A stretch of 64,000 nt of DNA from Longimicrobiales bacterium (GTDB taxonomy: Bacteria > Gemmatimonadota > Gemmatimonadetes > Longimicrobiales > Gaopeijiaceae). The DNA lies in assembly GCA_965226375.1 (NCBI GenBank), contig CBDDCX010000008.1, positions 320,001-384,000 on the forward strand, given 5' to 3'. The position numbers and the translations under genes were made by a program. Each line of letters starts with the position of its first letter. Position 1 is the first letter of the stretch. Below the pieces are notes generated by a model that worked only from the letters and a program-made list of their open reading frames with translations, searched no databases and had not been told where the DNA came from. This document shows positions 48,067 to 58,732 of the stretch, in pieces.

Positions 48067-49296
48067 ATGGAACGTCACGCTTTTCGCCGCAGTCGGTGGA
48101 CAATACTCACGGCCGCCACCCTCGGTCTCCTAGTTACGGCAGCGCCCCTGGTTGCGCAGGCCGGTGCGGCCGACCTGGCCAACATCCACGTTACGGCGCG
48201 CCACAACTTCCAGGTCGTCCCGGTGGCGGAGGACCTGGATCACCCCTGGTCCATGGCCTGGCTCCCCAGCGGGGAGATGCTCATCGTGGAGCGCCCGGGC
48301 CGACTCCGGATCATGCGGGACGGGCAGCTCGATCCGAACCCCATTACAGGCTGGCCGGCGGTCTATAGGCAGCGTGGCCAGGGAGGGTTCATGGACATCG
48401 TCCCTCATCCCGACTTCGCCACGAACCGCCTGCTCTATCTGAGCTATGGAAAACCGAACGAAGACGGCTCGATGGGCACGACCACCGTCGTGCGGGGACG
48501 CCTCGAGGGTGATCACGTGGAGGACGTGCAGGAGATCTTCGAGGCGGATGCCTGGTACGACAACAACAACCATTTCTCCGGACGGATGGTGTTCGACCAC
48601 GACGGATATGTTTTCCTGGCGGTCGGCGATCGCATGCTCGATCCCGACCTCCTCGCCGACCACCCGGCGCAGGATCCCACGAACCACATGGGCACCATCG
48701 TCCGGCTGCACGACGACGGTAGCGTCCCCTCGGACAACCCATTTGTCGGCCGTGACGATGCCCTCGCGGAGATCTGGGGTTACGGGCATCGCAACATGCA
48801 GGGCTTGACTGTGCATCCGGAGACGGGAGAGGTCTGGTCGAGCGAACATGGACCCAGGGGGGGCGACGAGTTGAACCTCATCGTTCCCGGGCGAAACTAC
48901 GGTTGGCCCGTCGTCTCCCATGGCATCCACTACGACGGACGGGTCATCACGATGGAGGAGGGCAGGCCGGGCATGGAGTCCCCTCGATTCGTTTGGGTGC
49001 CCTCGATCGGCACGTCGGGCCTGACGTTCTACTCAGGTGATCAGTTCCCGTGGTGGAGGGGCAACGCTTTCGCGGGGGGCATGGTGGGAGAACAACTAGC
49101 GAGGGTCTCACTCTCGGATGGCGTCGCCATGAGTGTGGAGACACTGCTCGACGGCGCGCTGGGGCGCATCAGGGATGTCCGCGAGGGACCGGACGGCTAC
49201 ATCTACCTGGCCCTCGAAAGTGAGCGAGGTGCGTCGCCGCTGTCCGACGTGGTACGGCTGGAGCCGTGGGTGACGGATGTCGCCCCTCCGCGCTAG
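48067..49296 (+). CDS. PQQ-dependent sugar dehydrogenase (soluble glucose/sorbosone dehydrogenase family)
   Basis: HPWSMAWLP, GQGG.MD..PHP.F, YGHRNMQG, EHGPRGGDELN, NYGWP, RIRDV. Confidence 0.92.
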   Translation: MERHAFRRSRWTILTAATLGLLVTAAPLVAQAGAADLANIHVTARHNFQVVPVAEDLDHPWSMAWLPSGEMLIVERPGRLRIMRDGQLDPNPITGWPAVYRQRGQGGFMDIVPHPDFATNRLLYLSYGKPNEDGSMGTTTVVRGRLEGDHVEDVQEIFEADAWYDNNNHFSGRMVFDHDGYVFLAVGDRMLDPDLLADHPAQDPTNHMGTIVRLHDDGSVPSDNPFVGRDDALAEIWGYGHRNMQGLTVHPETGEVWSSEHGPRGGDELNLIVPGRNYGWPVVSHGIHYDGRVITMEEGRPGMESPRFVWVPSIGTSGLTFYSGDQFPWWRGNAFAGGMVGEQLARVSLSDGVAMSVETLLDGALGRIRDVREGPDGYIYLALESERGASPLSDVVRLEPWVTDVAPPR

Positions 49297-49395
49297 CGAG
49301 CGACAGGATCTCGGGGGGGTGGGTGTAGTTGAAACCCCGCGGCGTCCCCGGCGTAGAAACAAACGCACCAAGTCGTACAAAGATCTCGGAGCCCA

Positions 49396-50247
49396 ATGGC
49401 TACTCGACGACCCATCGCGTCGCTCATTCTGACGCTGGCGCTTCTATTCTGGCCCGCCGCGCAGGCTCGGGCCCAGACCATTCAGGGTATCATCCTCGAC
49501 GATGTATCGGGGCGCCCTATCGAAGAGGCTGTGGTGGACCTGGTGGACGCGGATGATCGCATCCTTGGCCAGGACGTGACCGACGTGAACGGGTGGTTCT
49601 CCATCCCGGTTCCCGACAGTGACACCTACCAGCTCAGCGTTGGAGGTCTGGGATACATGCCAACCCTGTCGACCGAGTTTTCGTTGCAGCCGGGGCAAAA
49701 CATGGGAGCCCAGCTTCGCCTGGAGGTCAACCCCGTTAGTCTCGCCCCGATCGAAGCGGTGGTCGAGGGCGGGATCGAGATAGGACTCGAACTCGTCGGC
49801 TTTTACCACCGCCGCAATATCGGGTTCGGTACCGTGCGGACTCCGGAGTTCTTCGAGGAAAATCCTCCGCTCGATTTCGGGGACGTGTTCAGGGGCATCA
49901 ACGGGATCAAGTTGGTTCAGCCGACGGCGTTCGCGGATCTCGAGATTCTCTCTGCCCGTCGGTTGTTCGGGGACATCTGTCGCCCGAGCATCAGCATCGA
50001 CCGCGTCGTCGTGCAGAGGGGAGAGCGCCTATCACGGCTGAGCGTAACCCTTTCGGACCTGGAGCGGTCCGTCGGCGGAGGCGGCGACGTGAAGCGCTCC
50101 TTCTGGCAGGACCTCATCAGCGTGCGGGAGATCGCGGCTGTCGAGGTCTACCCGGGTCAGGGCGGCTTGCCGAGCTGGGCATCCGGGGAGGTCAGCCCGT
50201 GTGGTGCGGTCCTGTTTTGGACGAAGGGCTACGTCTCCACGAGGTGA
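49396..50247 (+). CDS. Exported carboxypeptidase-regulatory-like domain protein with plug-like C-terminus
   Basis: Signal ..ARAQ; IQG.ILDD.SG.PI..A.V, GFYHRR, IAAVEVY, CGAVLFWTK. Confidence 0.75.
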   Translation: MATRRPIASLILTLALLFWPAAQARAQTIQGIILDDVSGRPIEEAVVDLVDADDRILGQDVTDVNGWFSIPVPDSDTYQLSVGGLGYMPTLSTEFSLQPGQNMGAQLRLEVNPVSLAPIEAVVEGGIEIGLELVGFYHRRNIGFGTVRTPEFFEENPPLDFGDVFRGINGIKLVQPTAFADLEILSARRLFGDICRPSISIDRVVVQRGERLSRLSVTLSDLERSVGGGGDVKRSFWQDLISVREIAAVEVYPGQGGLPSWASGEVSPCGAVLFWTKGYVSTR

Positions 50248-50397
50248 GGTTCGGCGGCGGTCTCGGATGTTGTTCAGCGATCAATCTCCGCCGTTCCCGG
50301 TGGCCCGGGCACGGCCTAGGTGGTGTGACTGCGGTCGGGGAGCCGGCACCCGTGATGGATCCCGACCCCCCGGCTTACAGCGTCAGTCGGTCCGGTC

Positions 50398-50844
50398 TCA
50401 GTCGGCCGTCGCAAGCGCCGGAGCGCCATCATGTTGAGCCAGCCAAGCATAGGTCAGCCCGAGGATCCCTCCGTACACCAGGTGGCCGATCAGGCTGGGC
50501 ATCATAGCGGCCGCGGCAGCGCCGTTCCAGTTGACTCCCAGGCCCATCCCCATCATGAGTGGCATCAGAGTCAGAGGACCCAGCACCCACCAAGCCGCGC
50601 CGTAGGCGAGGCCCGTCGTCAGCCCGCTTGCGATGCTGCGGACCAGCCCGCCAAAGACCAGGGCGAAGCCCACCCCGATGATGACACTGTTGACCATGTG
50701 CACCGCGAATCCCGCGAACGCTGAGGGCTGCCCCACCATTTGTCCGATCATGGGAAGCATCCCCATCACCCCCATCATCCCTCCGAAGATCAAACCTCCG
50801 GCGACGCCGCCGAAGACGCCCCATTTCAGTCCTCTCGTGTTCAT
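50398..50844 (-). CDS. Met/Gly-rich 4-TM membrane protein of unknown function
   Basis: RBS AAGGAG; hydrophobic helices with intramembrane His (AVHMVNS, IGHLVYG). Confidence 0.8.
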   Translation of the reverse strand: MNTRGLKWGVFGGVAGGLIFGGMMGVMGMLPMIGQMVGQPSAFAGFAVHMVNSVIIGVGFALVFGGLVRSIASGLTTGLAYGAAWWVLGPLTLMPLMMGMGLGVNWNGAAAAAMMPSLIGHLVYGGILGLTYAWLAQHDGAPALATAD

Positions 50845-51036
50845 CTATGTGTCTCCTTTTTAGGTCGTTCTGACCGTTCTTCGTATTGGTTGTGCGGTGG
50901 AAATCGGTAGAACCTGCCTGGGGTTCCCTGGGAACACAGATCGTCCGGCATGGATCTTGTACTTACTGACGTCAGAGCGCCGAATGTCGGTGGGGCGTCT
51001 GAAATACATAATGGATGATGAGTGGAGGGGAAAACC

Positions 51037-51483
51037 ATGAAAAACATGACGAAATGGCTGGCTCTGTTAACCCTGGCTCTATCTGGGGGCTTCTTGAACC
51101 CCCTTGCGATGAGAGCTCAGGAGGTGGTGGAGGCGGATCCCGAGGTCGTGCAGACCGAGGACGAGAAGACGAACCAGATCCGGGTGCGGATCAAAAACCA
51201 CAACATGCGGGAGTTGCGCGTCTATGTCGTAGCGGGTCCCATCGGGTCTCCTCTGACGTCGCGGATCTCACTCGGGACGGTCTACGCACAGGGCGATAAA
51301 CTCTTCAAGCTCCGGGATTCGGTGGTCGCGAACGGCGGCGGACAGTTCCGCATCCTCGTTCGGCCTGTGGGGTCGTACCAGTTCCTCGCGTCGGAGCACA
51401 TCGTCATAGGGAAGGGCGGGACGGTAGAGTGGACGCTCGTCCGGCCCTTACAGAGCGGCGGCTACATCTCCATCACGGAGTAG
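51037..51483 (+). CDS. Exported hypothetical protein
   Basis: RBS GGAGG, signal peptide ..MRAQ, beta-rich domain. Confidence 0.7.
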   Translation: MKNMTKWLALLTLALSGGFLNPLAMRAQEVVEADPEVVQTEDEKTNQIRVRIKNHNMRELRVYVVAGPIGSPLTSRISLGTVYAQGDKLFKLRDSVVANGGGQFRILVRPVGSYQFLASEHIVIGKGGTVEWTLVRPLQSGGYISITE

Positions 51484-51625
51484 ACTGACCTTGACATCTG
51501 GGACTCCGTCCGGCCTCGAGGGGCTCGGGCGGGGTCCCGGATGGCTTGCTCGCTACGGGTGGCGGGCCCGTCGATCGCCGGATTCCCGCTTGTGGGCCGA
51601 AGAGCGGAGGCCACATCTTCAATCC

Positions 51626-53026
51626 ATGTGGTCCTCGCACTTTCTCCCGTCGCTTCGCCCGCTCCTACGAGCGGCCGGGCCCGTGGTGTTCCTCGCGGCG
51701 GCCGAGCTATTGCTACAAGCGCCGCGGATCGAGGCGCAGCAGCTCCGTTATGACCGCGAGTATCCGACGCTCGAGTACTACACTCGTGCGTCCGCGGACC
51801 CGGTCGCAGAACTACAGCGCTCCATGGCCCGAGGTGACGCGGCACTAACCTTCGAGAGCGGAGGCGGCTACCTGGCGTCTCTGCTGGAATCCCTCGGGGT
51901 CCCTGTGGAGTCGCAGATGCTCGTCTTTTCCAAGACGAGCTTCCAGGAGCGTTTCGTCTCGCCGGAGACACCCCGAGCCCTCTACTTTTCGGATGACGTT
52001 TACGTGGCGTGGCTGAAGGGCAGTGACTTTCTCGAGATAGGGGCCATGGACCCTTACCTCGGACCCGTGTTCTACACGCTGAGCCAGGCCCCGAGCGCCA
52101 CCCCCGAGTTCAGGCGGGAATACGGCCTCTGCCTTCAGTGCCACGATACCTACGGGCTTTCCGGGGGTGGAGTGCCGCGTTTCCTCATCGGCTCAGGCGC
52201 TACGAACGAGCTGGGGCGAACCGCCTCACACAACGCATGGCAGCTGACTACGGACCAGACTCCGATCGACCAACGTTGGGGTGGCTGGTACGTGACGGGC
52301 ACCCACGGTAGGCAGACCCACATGGGTAACGTCGTATTGGACGTAGCGGTGGGGGGCGCGGAGTCGCCTAACCCGGCCGCATCGACTCGCGGTAACCTGA
52401 CGGACCTTTCCGCCCTCCTGGATACGGCGCCCTACCTAACCGGTCATAGCGATATTGTCGCGCTCATGGTGGCCGAGCATCAGATCCACGTCCACAACGT
52501 GATGACCCGGGCCAGTTGGGAGGTTCGGAACGCCGACGAGTCGGATCGAGCCGCCGTTGGGTCAGCCGCCGTTGGGTCAGCCGCCGTTGGGTCAGCCGCC
52601 GTTGAGTCAGCCGCCGTTGAGTCAGCCGACATCGTGCAGCTTGCGGAGCCGCTCGTCCGGGCCTTGCTGTTCGTTGGAGAGGCCACGCTGAGTGGTTCGG
52701 TCCAGGGGACATCCGGCTTTCGCAGGGACTTCGAGAGCCGGGGGGTCCGCGACGGGCTGGGTCGCTCGCTCCGTGATCTGGACCTGAGCAGACGGCTGTT
52801 CCGGTACCCGCTCAGCTACCTGTTTCATTCGGACGCATACGGCGCCCTCCCGGGATCACTCAAGGAGCAGGTCTTCCTACGTATCCGAGAGGTGGCCTCT
52901 GGTGAGGATGAGGGTGGCGAGTTCGGCCACATTTCGGCCGTGGACCGCGTGGCGATCCTCGAGATTCTCGGTTCGACTCATGACGAGTTCGCCCGCTGGT
53001 TGTCTGCAGGCGGTGGTGGCCGCTAG
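51626..53026 (+). CDS. Hypothetical exported protein with a single CxxCH (c-type heme) motif
   Basis: SQMLVFSKTSFQ, PRALYFSDDVYV, CLQCH, RWGGWYVTG.HG..HMGN, SLRDLDL..RLFRYP.SY. Start uncertain (ORF open from 51491). Confidence 0.78.
   Translation: MWSSHFLPSLRPLLRAAGPVVFLAAAELLLQAPRIEAQQLRYDREYPTLEYYTRASADPVAELQRSMARGDAALTFESGGGYLASLLESLGVPVESQMLVFSKTSFQERFVSPETPRALYFSDDVYVAWLKGSDFLEIGAMDPYLGPVFYTLSQAPSATPEFRREYGLCLQCHDTYGLSGGGVPRFLIGSGATNELGRTASHNAWQLTTDQTPIDQRWGGWYVTGTHGRQTHMGNVVLDVAVGGAESPNPAASTRGNLTDLSALLDTAPYLTGHSDIVALMVAEHQIHVHNVMTRASWEVRNADESDRAAVGSAAVGSAAVGSAAVESAAVESADIVQLAEPLVRALLFVGEATLSGSVQGTSGFRRDFESRGVRDGLGRSLRDLDLSRRLFRYPLSYLFHSDAYGALPGSLKEQVFLRIREVASGEDEGGEFGHISAVDRVAILEILGSTHDEFARWLSAGGGGR
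52550..52624 (+). repeat. In-frame 15-bp VNTR, 5 copies
   Basis: GCCGCCGTTGGGTCA x3 then GCCGCCGTTGAGTCA x2, encoding AAVGS/AAVES. Confidence 0.93.
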
Positions 53027-53178
53027 ATCCCACGGTCGAGAGGCTTAGCGGCTGCAGCCGCCCGGCAGGGCGGGTCCAGCCATCTGCCGGGAGCCTCCCT
53101 CCCATGGCCGGCTGGCGTGAAGCGGCCCGGGATCGCACAATTCCCGCTCGTTTCGACGCACCACCCATGGAGGACTCC

Positions 53179-53982
53179 ATGCAGTCTCGTGTTCTAGTCG
53201 GCGCTTCGACCCTGCTCCTCTTCGCAGGCGCGCTCTCGGCGCAAAGGGGACCCGACACGGTCTTCCTGGAAGAGCTCACCTGGACCGAGGTCCGCGCGCG
53301 GATCGACGCGGGCACGACGACGATCATCGTGCCGACCGCGGGCACCGAGCAGAACGGTCCGCACATGGTGCTTGGCAAGCACAAGTTCATCGTCAACTAC
53401 GCGTCGAACCTCATTGCCCGCGAGCTCGGTAACGCGCTGGTGGCTCCCGTTGTCACCTATGTGCCCGAGGGATCGGTGGAGCGGATTGCCGAGCACCCGC
53501 GGTACAATGGGACGATCACGCTTCCCAACGAGTACTACATGAGGCTCCTGGAGTATGCGGCCCGGAGTCTGGCCATGGGTGGATTCACAGACATCGTCTT
53601 CATTGGCGACAGCGGTGGGAACCAAGGCGGGATGCGCGATGTGGCCGCCATGCTGAACGAGGAATGGGCCAGCGAGCGAGCCCGCGTCCACTTTGTGGGC
53701 GACTACTACGGGGCCTCCAGCCAGATCAACGACTGGCTCCTGGCGGAATACGGGCACACTGTAGAGACGATCGGTGGGCATGCGGGCATCCGCGACACAT
53801 CGCAGCTGCTCTACGTAGCCCCCCAGCACATTCGGACCGACCGGCTCGCGCCCTTGGGCGGAGGCGAGGGGATGGGTGTGTCCGGAGATCCCACCCTGGC
53901 CTCTTCCGAGAAGGGACGCCAAGGGGTCCAGATGAAGGTCGATGCCGCCCTGAGGCAAATCCGTGAACTCGTGGGCCGATAG
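53179..53982 (+). CDS. Creatininase family protein with signal peptide
   Basis: RBS GGAGG; LEELTWTE, GTEQNGPHM.LGKH, GDSGGNQ, GHAG..DTS. Confidence 0.88.
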   Translation: MQSRVLVGASTLLLFAGALSAQRGPDTVFLEELTWTEVRARIDAGTTTIIVPTAGTEQNGPHMVLGKHKFIVNYASNLIARELGNALVAPVVTYVPEGSVERIAEHPRYNGTITLPNEYYMRLLEYAARSLAMGGFTDIVFIGDSGGNQGGMRDVAAMLNEEWASERARVHFVGDYYGASSQINDWLLAEYGHTVETIGGHAGIRDTSQLLYVAPQHIRTDRLAPLGGGEGMGVSGDPTLASSEKGRQGVQMKVDAALRQIRELVGR

Positions 53983-54055
53983 GTGCCCGAGTGGATGGGC
54001 CGATGGGTGAACAACCTTGGGCGCATTTCCGTCCAATTAACCAGATGAGGTAGTT

Positions 54056-55441
54056 GTGAAAAACGACCACGACGTTCGGCCGTCGGCTGGCCCGAGGGGC
54101 GGAGTCCTCGCGCTGGCACTCCTGTTGGTGGGTCCACTGTTCTGGCACTCGTCGCTCTGTGCCCAGCAGTCCTCCGAGAAGCGGGGCAGTGACAACCTGA
54201 CAGTGGTCTCGCACCTGCCCCTCGGTGGAGCCGAGAGTATGACCGACATCGAGATCGAACAGGACATGTCGCGACCGTTCGTATATGTGGCCCGCCAGAT
54301 GCGACGGGAAGACCGACGCGCGCCGGGCACCCCCGGCGACCGCGGGTTGGACATTCTCGACATATCCGATCCCGCGAACCCCGAGGTGATCCACAGGTGG
54401 CGCATCGAGGATCCCGACCTCCACGTCGGTGCCGGCGGAAAGGATATCAAGACGTTCGAATGGGACGGGCGTCACTACATCGTCCTGTCCTTCCAGTTCG
54501 GCCAAGGGGGCCCCGACGCGGACCTGGGCGCCATCGTCTTCGACATCACGGGCTTACCCGATGTGTCGACGTTCCGGGAGGTCGCGAGGATCCAGGGGCC
54601 CGGAGAGCTCGCGGGCTTCCACAACGCCTACGTCTATCGCCACAGCAACGGTCGGCCGCTCCTGTTCGCCACGGTCGCGGCTCCGCACGCGAACGTCTAC
54701 GACCTGGGGTATCTGGTGGACGGCCGGGAAGACGCGCTCGTGGCCACTGTACCGGTGCCGCAGTCGGAAGTGGTCCCGGGCGGCCGTGGGTATCACGACT
54801 TCTACGTCGGTTATCATCCGGACAGCGAACAGGATCGCTTCTATGGCGGTGGGACGGGCGGATACTACGTGTACAACATCACCGACCTCGAGGCCCCCGA
54901 GCTGCTGGTCACCCTTACCGGCGTCCGGGGCGTCGACCGTGGGCACACGTTCACGCCGTCTCCCGACGGGCGCTACGTCGTGGCCGAGGTCGAATACCAG
55001 TACGCCCCGCTGCGGATTTTCGACCTCAAGCCGGGACTCGACGGCGAAGTCTCGAACATCAATCAGCCCATCGTCGCTTGGTTCGCCAACCCCCAGAACC
55101 TGGTCCATAACCACGAGGTCCGCTGGCCGCTCGTGTTCGTTTCGGCGTACCGAGACGGCCTGCAGGTCTTCAGTCTACAGGATCCGAAGAAGCCGCGGAC
55201 GGTGGCGCACTACGACACCTATCTGGAGCCAGAAGGAGCCGGGGTGACCACGGGTGGGTGGGGTGTAGACGTGCGAAACGCCGATGGCCTGATCGTTCTG
55301 TCCGATAAGGAGACCGGTTTCTGGGCCTTCCGCCTCGAAGGTTTCAACGGCTGGAACGGCTTGGACTATGGTATGCCGAATGTCTCGAGCGTACAGGATT
55401 GGGAGGACGGACCGGCGGTGCAGGCTCGCTCGCGAAGGTAG
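54056..55441 (+). CDS. LVIVD-repeat beta-propeller protein, exported
   Basis: GLDILDISDPANP, FHN, YHD, GHT, VHNHEV, AY.DGLQV, WGVDVR. Confidence 0.78.
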   Translation: MKNDHDVRPSAGPRGGVLALALLLVGPLFWHSSLCAQQSSEKRGSDNLTVVSHLPLGGAESMTDIEIEQDMSRPFVYVARQMRREDRRAPGTPGDRGLDILDISDPANPEVIHRWRIEDPDLHVGAGGKDIKTFEWDGRHYIVLSFQFGQGGPDADLGAIVFDITGLPDVSTFREVARIQGPGELAGFHNAYVYRHSNGRPLLFATVAAPHANVYDLGYLVDGREDALVATVPVPQSEVVPGGRGYHDFYVGYHPDSEQDRFYGGGTGGYYVYNITDLEAPELLVTLTGVRGVDRGHTFTPSPDGRYVVAEVEYQYAPLRIFDLKPGLDGEVSNINQPIVAWFANPQNLVHNHEVRWPLVFVSAYRDGLQVFSLQDPKKPRTVAHYDTYLEPEGAGVTTGGWGVDVRNADGLIVLSDKETGFWAFRLEGFNGWNGLDYGMPNVSSVQDWEDGPAVQARSRR

Positions 55442-55465
55442 ATCAGCGGAGGGCTGCCGCTGGTA

Positions 55466-57472
55466 TCAAGCTTCGGCACTCCGGTGAGCCACTTCCACTC
55501 GGGCATCGTTGAAGCAGGCGGCCCCACCCACGACGTTCAAGTGGGTCGGGCAAAGCGCCGTGGAGGTCTTCCCGTTCATCGATGATTTTCTCCACGCACC
55601 TTTAGGCATCGACACCACACCCTCTCGGACACGCTCCTCGATCCGTGCTTCACAGACGACCTCACCCAGTTCGTTGAAGACGCGGACGACGTCGCCGTCG
55701 ACGATTCCCCGGACCTCGGCATCGGCCGGACTGATGGACACCGCCAGTACCGGATAGTTGAACTCGCCCAGCGTGCTCGAGATCATCTTGTTGCTCGCCG
55801 GGCTGATGAGCGCGAGCGGATAGGGCGTGTCGGAAACCGTTTCGTAGTGGTAGGGGTGGGGCCCGAGCTCCGACGGGCTGAGATGGATCTTCCCGTCGTG
55901 GGTTCGGGGCATGATCGTGCGGAGTTGGATCGCGCCGTCGGGAAAGTCGACGGTGTCCAGGCGCCCGGCAGATAGCGTCTCTACGTCGGCAGGATTGCCC
56001 TCCAGCCTGACTTCTTCGGCGACCTTCCGCAGGTGGGTCTCGCCGTCCCAGGTGAAGGGAGCGTCGTCGAATCCTCGGGCCCGCGCCAGCAGCGAAAACA
56101 CCTCGTCGTTGGGCTTCGCTTCCCCTACGCGGTCGATCACCGGGCGAATCCCGCCGACCACCAAGTTCCCGTAACCGACCCGCAGGTCGTGCTGCTCGAG
56201 AAATGTCGTCGCGGGCAACACGATATCCGCGTAACGGGCCGTGTCGGTCATGACCTGATCGAAGACCACGGTGAACAGATCCTCTCGAGCCAGCCCTCGA
56301 AGCACCGCGTTCTGGTCCGGCACGGTAACCGCCGGATTGCAGTTGTAGACGAACAGGCCCTTCACCGGCGGGGTCGGATCGCCGGTGAGCAACTCTCCAA
56401 GCTTTGTCATGTTGAGGAGACGAGTCTGCCATGCGACGTCTCCGTAGACGCGACCCGTGCTCAACTTGACGGCTCCGGTGTTGCTCATCGTGTATCCGCC
56501 GCCATAGACCCCGAACTTTCCCATGAGGGCGGGCATGGCCAGGATGGCCGCCACCGCCTGGCCACCGTTGCGATTCCGCTCCAGTCCCCACCCGCACCGA
56601 ATGACTGCGGGGCTCGCGTCCGCATAGGCGCGCGCCAGTGTTTCGATGTTTTCGGCGGGCACGCCGGTCTCGGCGGCAGCGGAGTCCAACGTCCAACGCT
56701 CGGCCTGTGCCAGCAGGGCCTCCATACCATCCGCGTGCTCGGCCAGGAACGGCTCGTCGAGCTCTCCTGCCTCATGCCACAGCCTGACCATCGCGAGGGC
56801 TAAGGGCAGGTCGGTCCCGGGAAGAACAGGTAGGTGCAGGTCTATCTCATTGCCGGAAAAGGGGTTCCATGGGTCGACGACTGCGATAAAGGCACCGTTG
56901 CGCTTCGCTTCGCGAAGGTGCGGCACCAGATGGATATTCGAGGCCTTGGGGTTCGCTCCCCAGATGATGATCGATCGGGCGTCCGGATACGCCTCGAAAG
57001 GTACGCCCGGCATCTTGCCGTACATCCCGAGTGCCACCTCGGTGGTAGGAACCGCGCAAATGGTCGGGTCTAGACGCGAAGCACCCAGCCGCGCGAAGTA
57101 GAGCCTGTCCAGGCCACCCTCGCTCAGGAGTCCGTTCGACCCACCATAGTGGTATGGGAGGATGGCCTCGGCGCCTCACTCGTCACTGATCAGCTCGAAT
57201 CGTTCGGTGATCTCGCCGATGGCTTCATCCCAGGAGATCGGCACATACTCCTCGGAGCCTTTGACGCCTGCGCGGCGCATGGGGTGGAGCAGCCTGTCGG
57301 GGTGATAGACCCGCTGCCCGAATCGGCGGACCTTGTCACAGATAAAGCCGTCGGTCAGGCCGTGGTCGGAGTTGCCGGAAATGCTCTGCAGCTTGCCGTC
57401 CTCTACGGTCACCTCGAGGGCACAGGTGTCCGGGCAGTCCATGATGCAGCTGGTGACCAGCGTCTCCGGCAT
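55466..57472 (-). pseudogene. Molybdopterin-dependent oxidoreductase with in-frame TGA at codon 99
   Basis: CIMDCPDTC...FICDK [4Fe-4S] motif, then ISDE*GAEAILPYHYGG continuing in the same frame to TIC, WGAN, TDTARYADIVLPA and FNDARVEV. Confidence 0.87.
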
Positions 57473-57519
57473 CGGTGCGTCCCCGTGGTCCACAGGCTCG
57501 GTTGACGGGCTCACGACCT

Positions 57520-58671
57520 CTAAGCTTCCAGGATCTCGCCCAGTGCCGCGAGCAGGTAGTGTACGTTTCGCTCGCTCGCGCTGTAGCCCATCAGCCCGAT
57601 GCGCCATCCCTGGCCCTTCAGGGGTCCGAACCCTCCCGCGATCTCGATGCGGTAGTCCTGCAAGAGACGCGATCGGACCGTGGCGTCGTCCACACCATCG
57701 GGGATCAGAACGCAGTTGAGCATGGATAGACGGTTTGCCGGGTCGCCGAACAGCTCGATTCCGAGATCGGTGAGCCCCGCCTTCAGCATGTCTCCGCACT
57801 TGTCATGACGGGCCACGCGTGCCTTGAGTCCTTCCTCGACGATGATACGGAGGGCCTCGCGCATCGCACAGATCTGAGGGCCTGGGGCGGTGTGGTGGTA
57901 TCCGCGCTCGGCCGACCAGTACTTCTCATGTAGGAGGAGGTCCAGGTACCACGTGTCGACCAGCTTGCTACGGGACCTGATGACCCCCATCGCCCGCTCG
58001 TTCAACGTGATGCAGGAGATGCCCGCCGGACCTCCGATGCATTTTTGCCCGCCACTGTAGCAGATGTCGATGAGCAGGTCGTCCGCCGGGATATCGGCTC
58101 CACCCAGCGAGCAGACCGTATCCACCAGGAACAGCTTGTCGCGCTCACGCACGAGTTGTCCGATCTCGGCCAGTGGTTGCCCCACGCCCGACGACGTCTC
58201 GCCGTGGACCACGGCCACCATTTTGGCGCCTGAGTTGGAGTCCAGGGCCGCCCGGATCTGGTCCGGCTCGACCACCTGACCGAACTCGACCTCTACTCGG
58301 ATCGCAGTGCCCCCGTGGCGCTCGACGATCTCTGCCATCCGTTGGCCGAAGAACCCGTGGATGCCGACGATGACTACGTCACCCGGCTCGACGACGTTGC
58401 AGATAGCGGCTTCCATGCCGGCCATTCCCGACCCGGGAAGGGTGATGGTCGTCTCGTTCTCGGTCTGGAAGACGTGGCGCAGCAGGGCCATGGTATCGTC
58501 CATGATTGCTATGAACTCCGGGTCCAGATACCCGAGGATCGGGCTCGTCATGGCGTGGAACACCCGGGGATGGATGTTGCTGGGACCGGGACCGAGCAGG
58601 GTGCGAGGCTCGTGTTTGAGTTGTTCGAAGGTGCGGGTGTCGTTGCTCATGGCAGCCTGTGCGTGGGTCAT
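57520..58671 (-). CDS. Alanine-glyoxylate / serine-pyruvate aminotransferase (class V)
   Basis: LLGPGPSN, GSG.AGMEA, HGETSSG, VDTVCSLGG, SGGQKC, YHHTAP, WRIGLMG. Confidence 0.92.
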   Translation of the reverse strand: MTHAQAAMSNDTRTFEQLKHEPRTLLGPGPSNIHPRVFHAMTSPILGYLDPEFIAIMDDTMALLRHVFQTENETTITLPGSGMAGMEAAICNVVEPGDVVIVGIHGFFGQRMAEIVERHGGTAIRVEVEFGQVVEPDQIRAALDSNSGAKMVAVVHGETSSGVGQPLAEIGQLVRERDKLFLVDTVCSLGGADIPADDLLIDICYSGGQKCIGGPAGISCITLNERAMGVIRSRSKLVDTWYLDLLLHEKYWSAERGYHHTAPGPQICAMREALRIIVEEGLKARVARHDKCGDMLKAGLTDLGIELFGDPANRLSMLNCVLIPDGVDDATVRSRLLQDYRIEIAGGFGPLKGQGWRIGLMGYSASERNVHYLLAALGEILEA

Positions 58672-58732
58672 GTCCGTGATGTCTCCTCTAGTTCGTTCCA
58701 ATGCCTCATTGCTGGTGTGTTCTTGCGGGTTC

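Noticed and set aside
57176..57178. Selenoprotein, or TGA reassigned genome-wide
   Set aside because: The position is not the predicted Mo ligand, and many genes in the window end normally at TGA.
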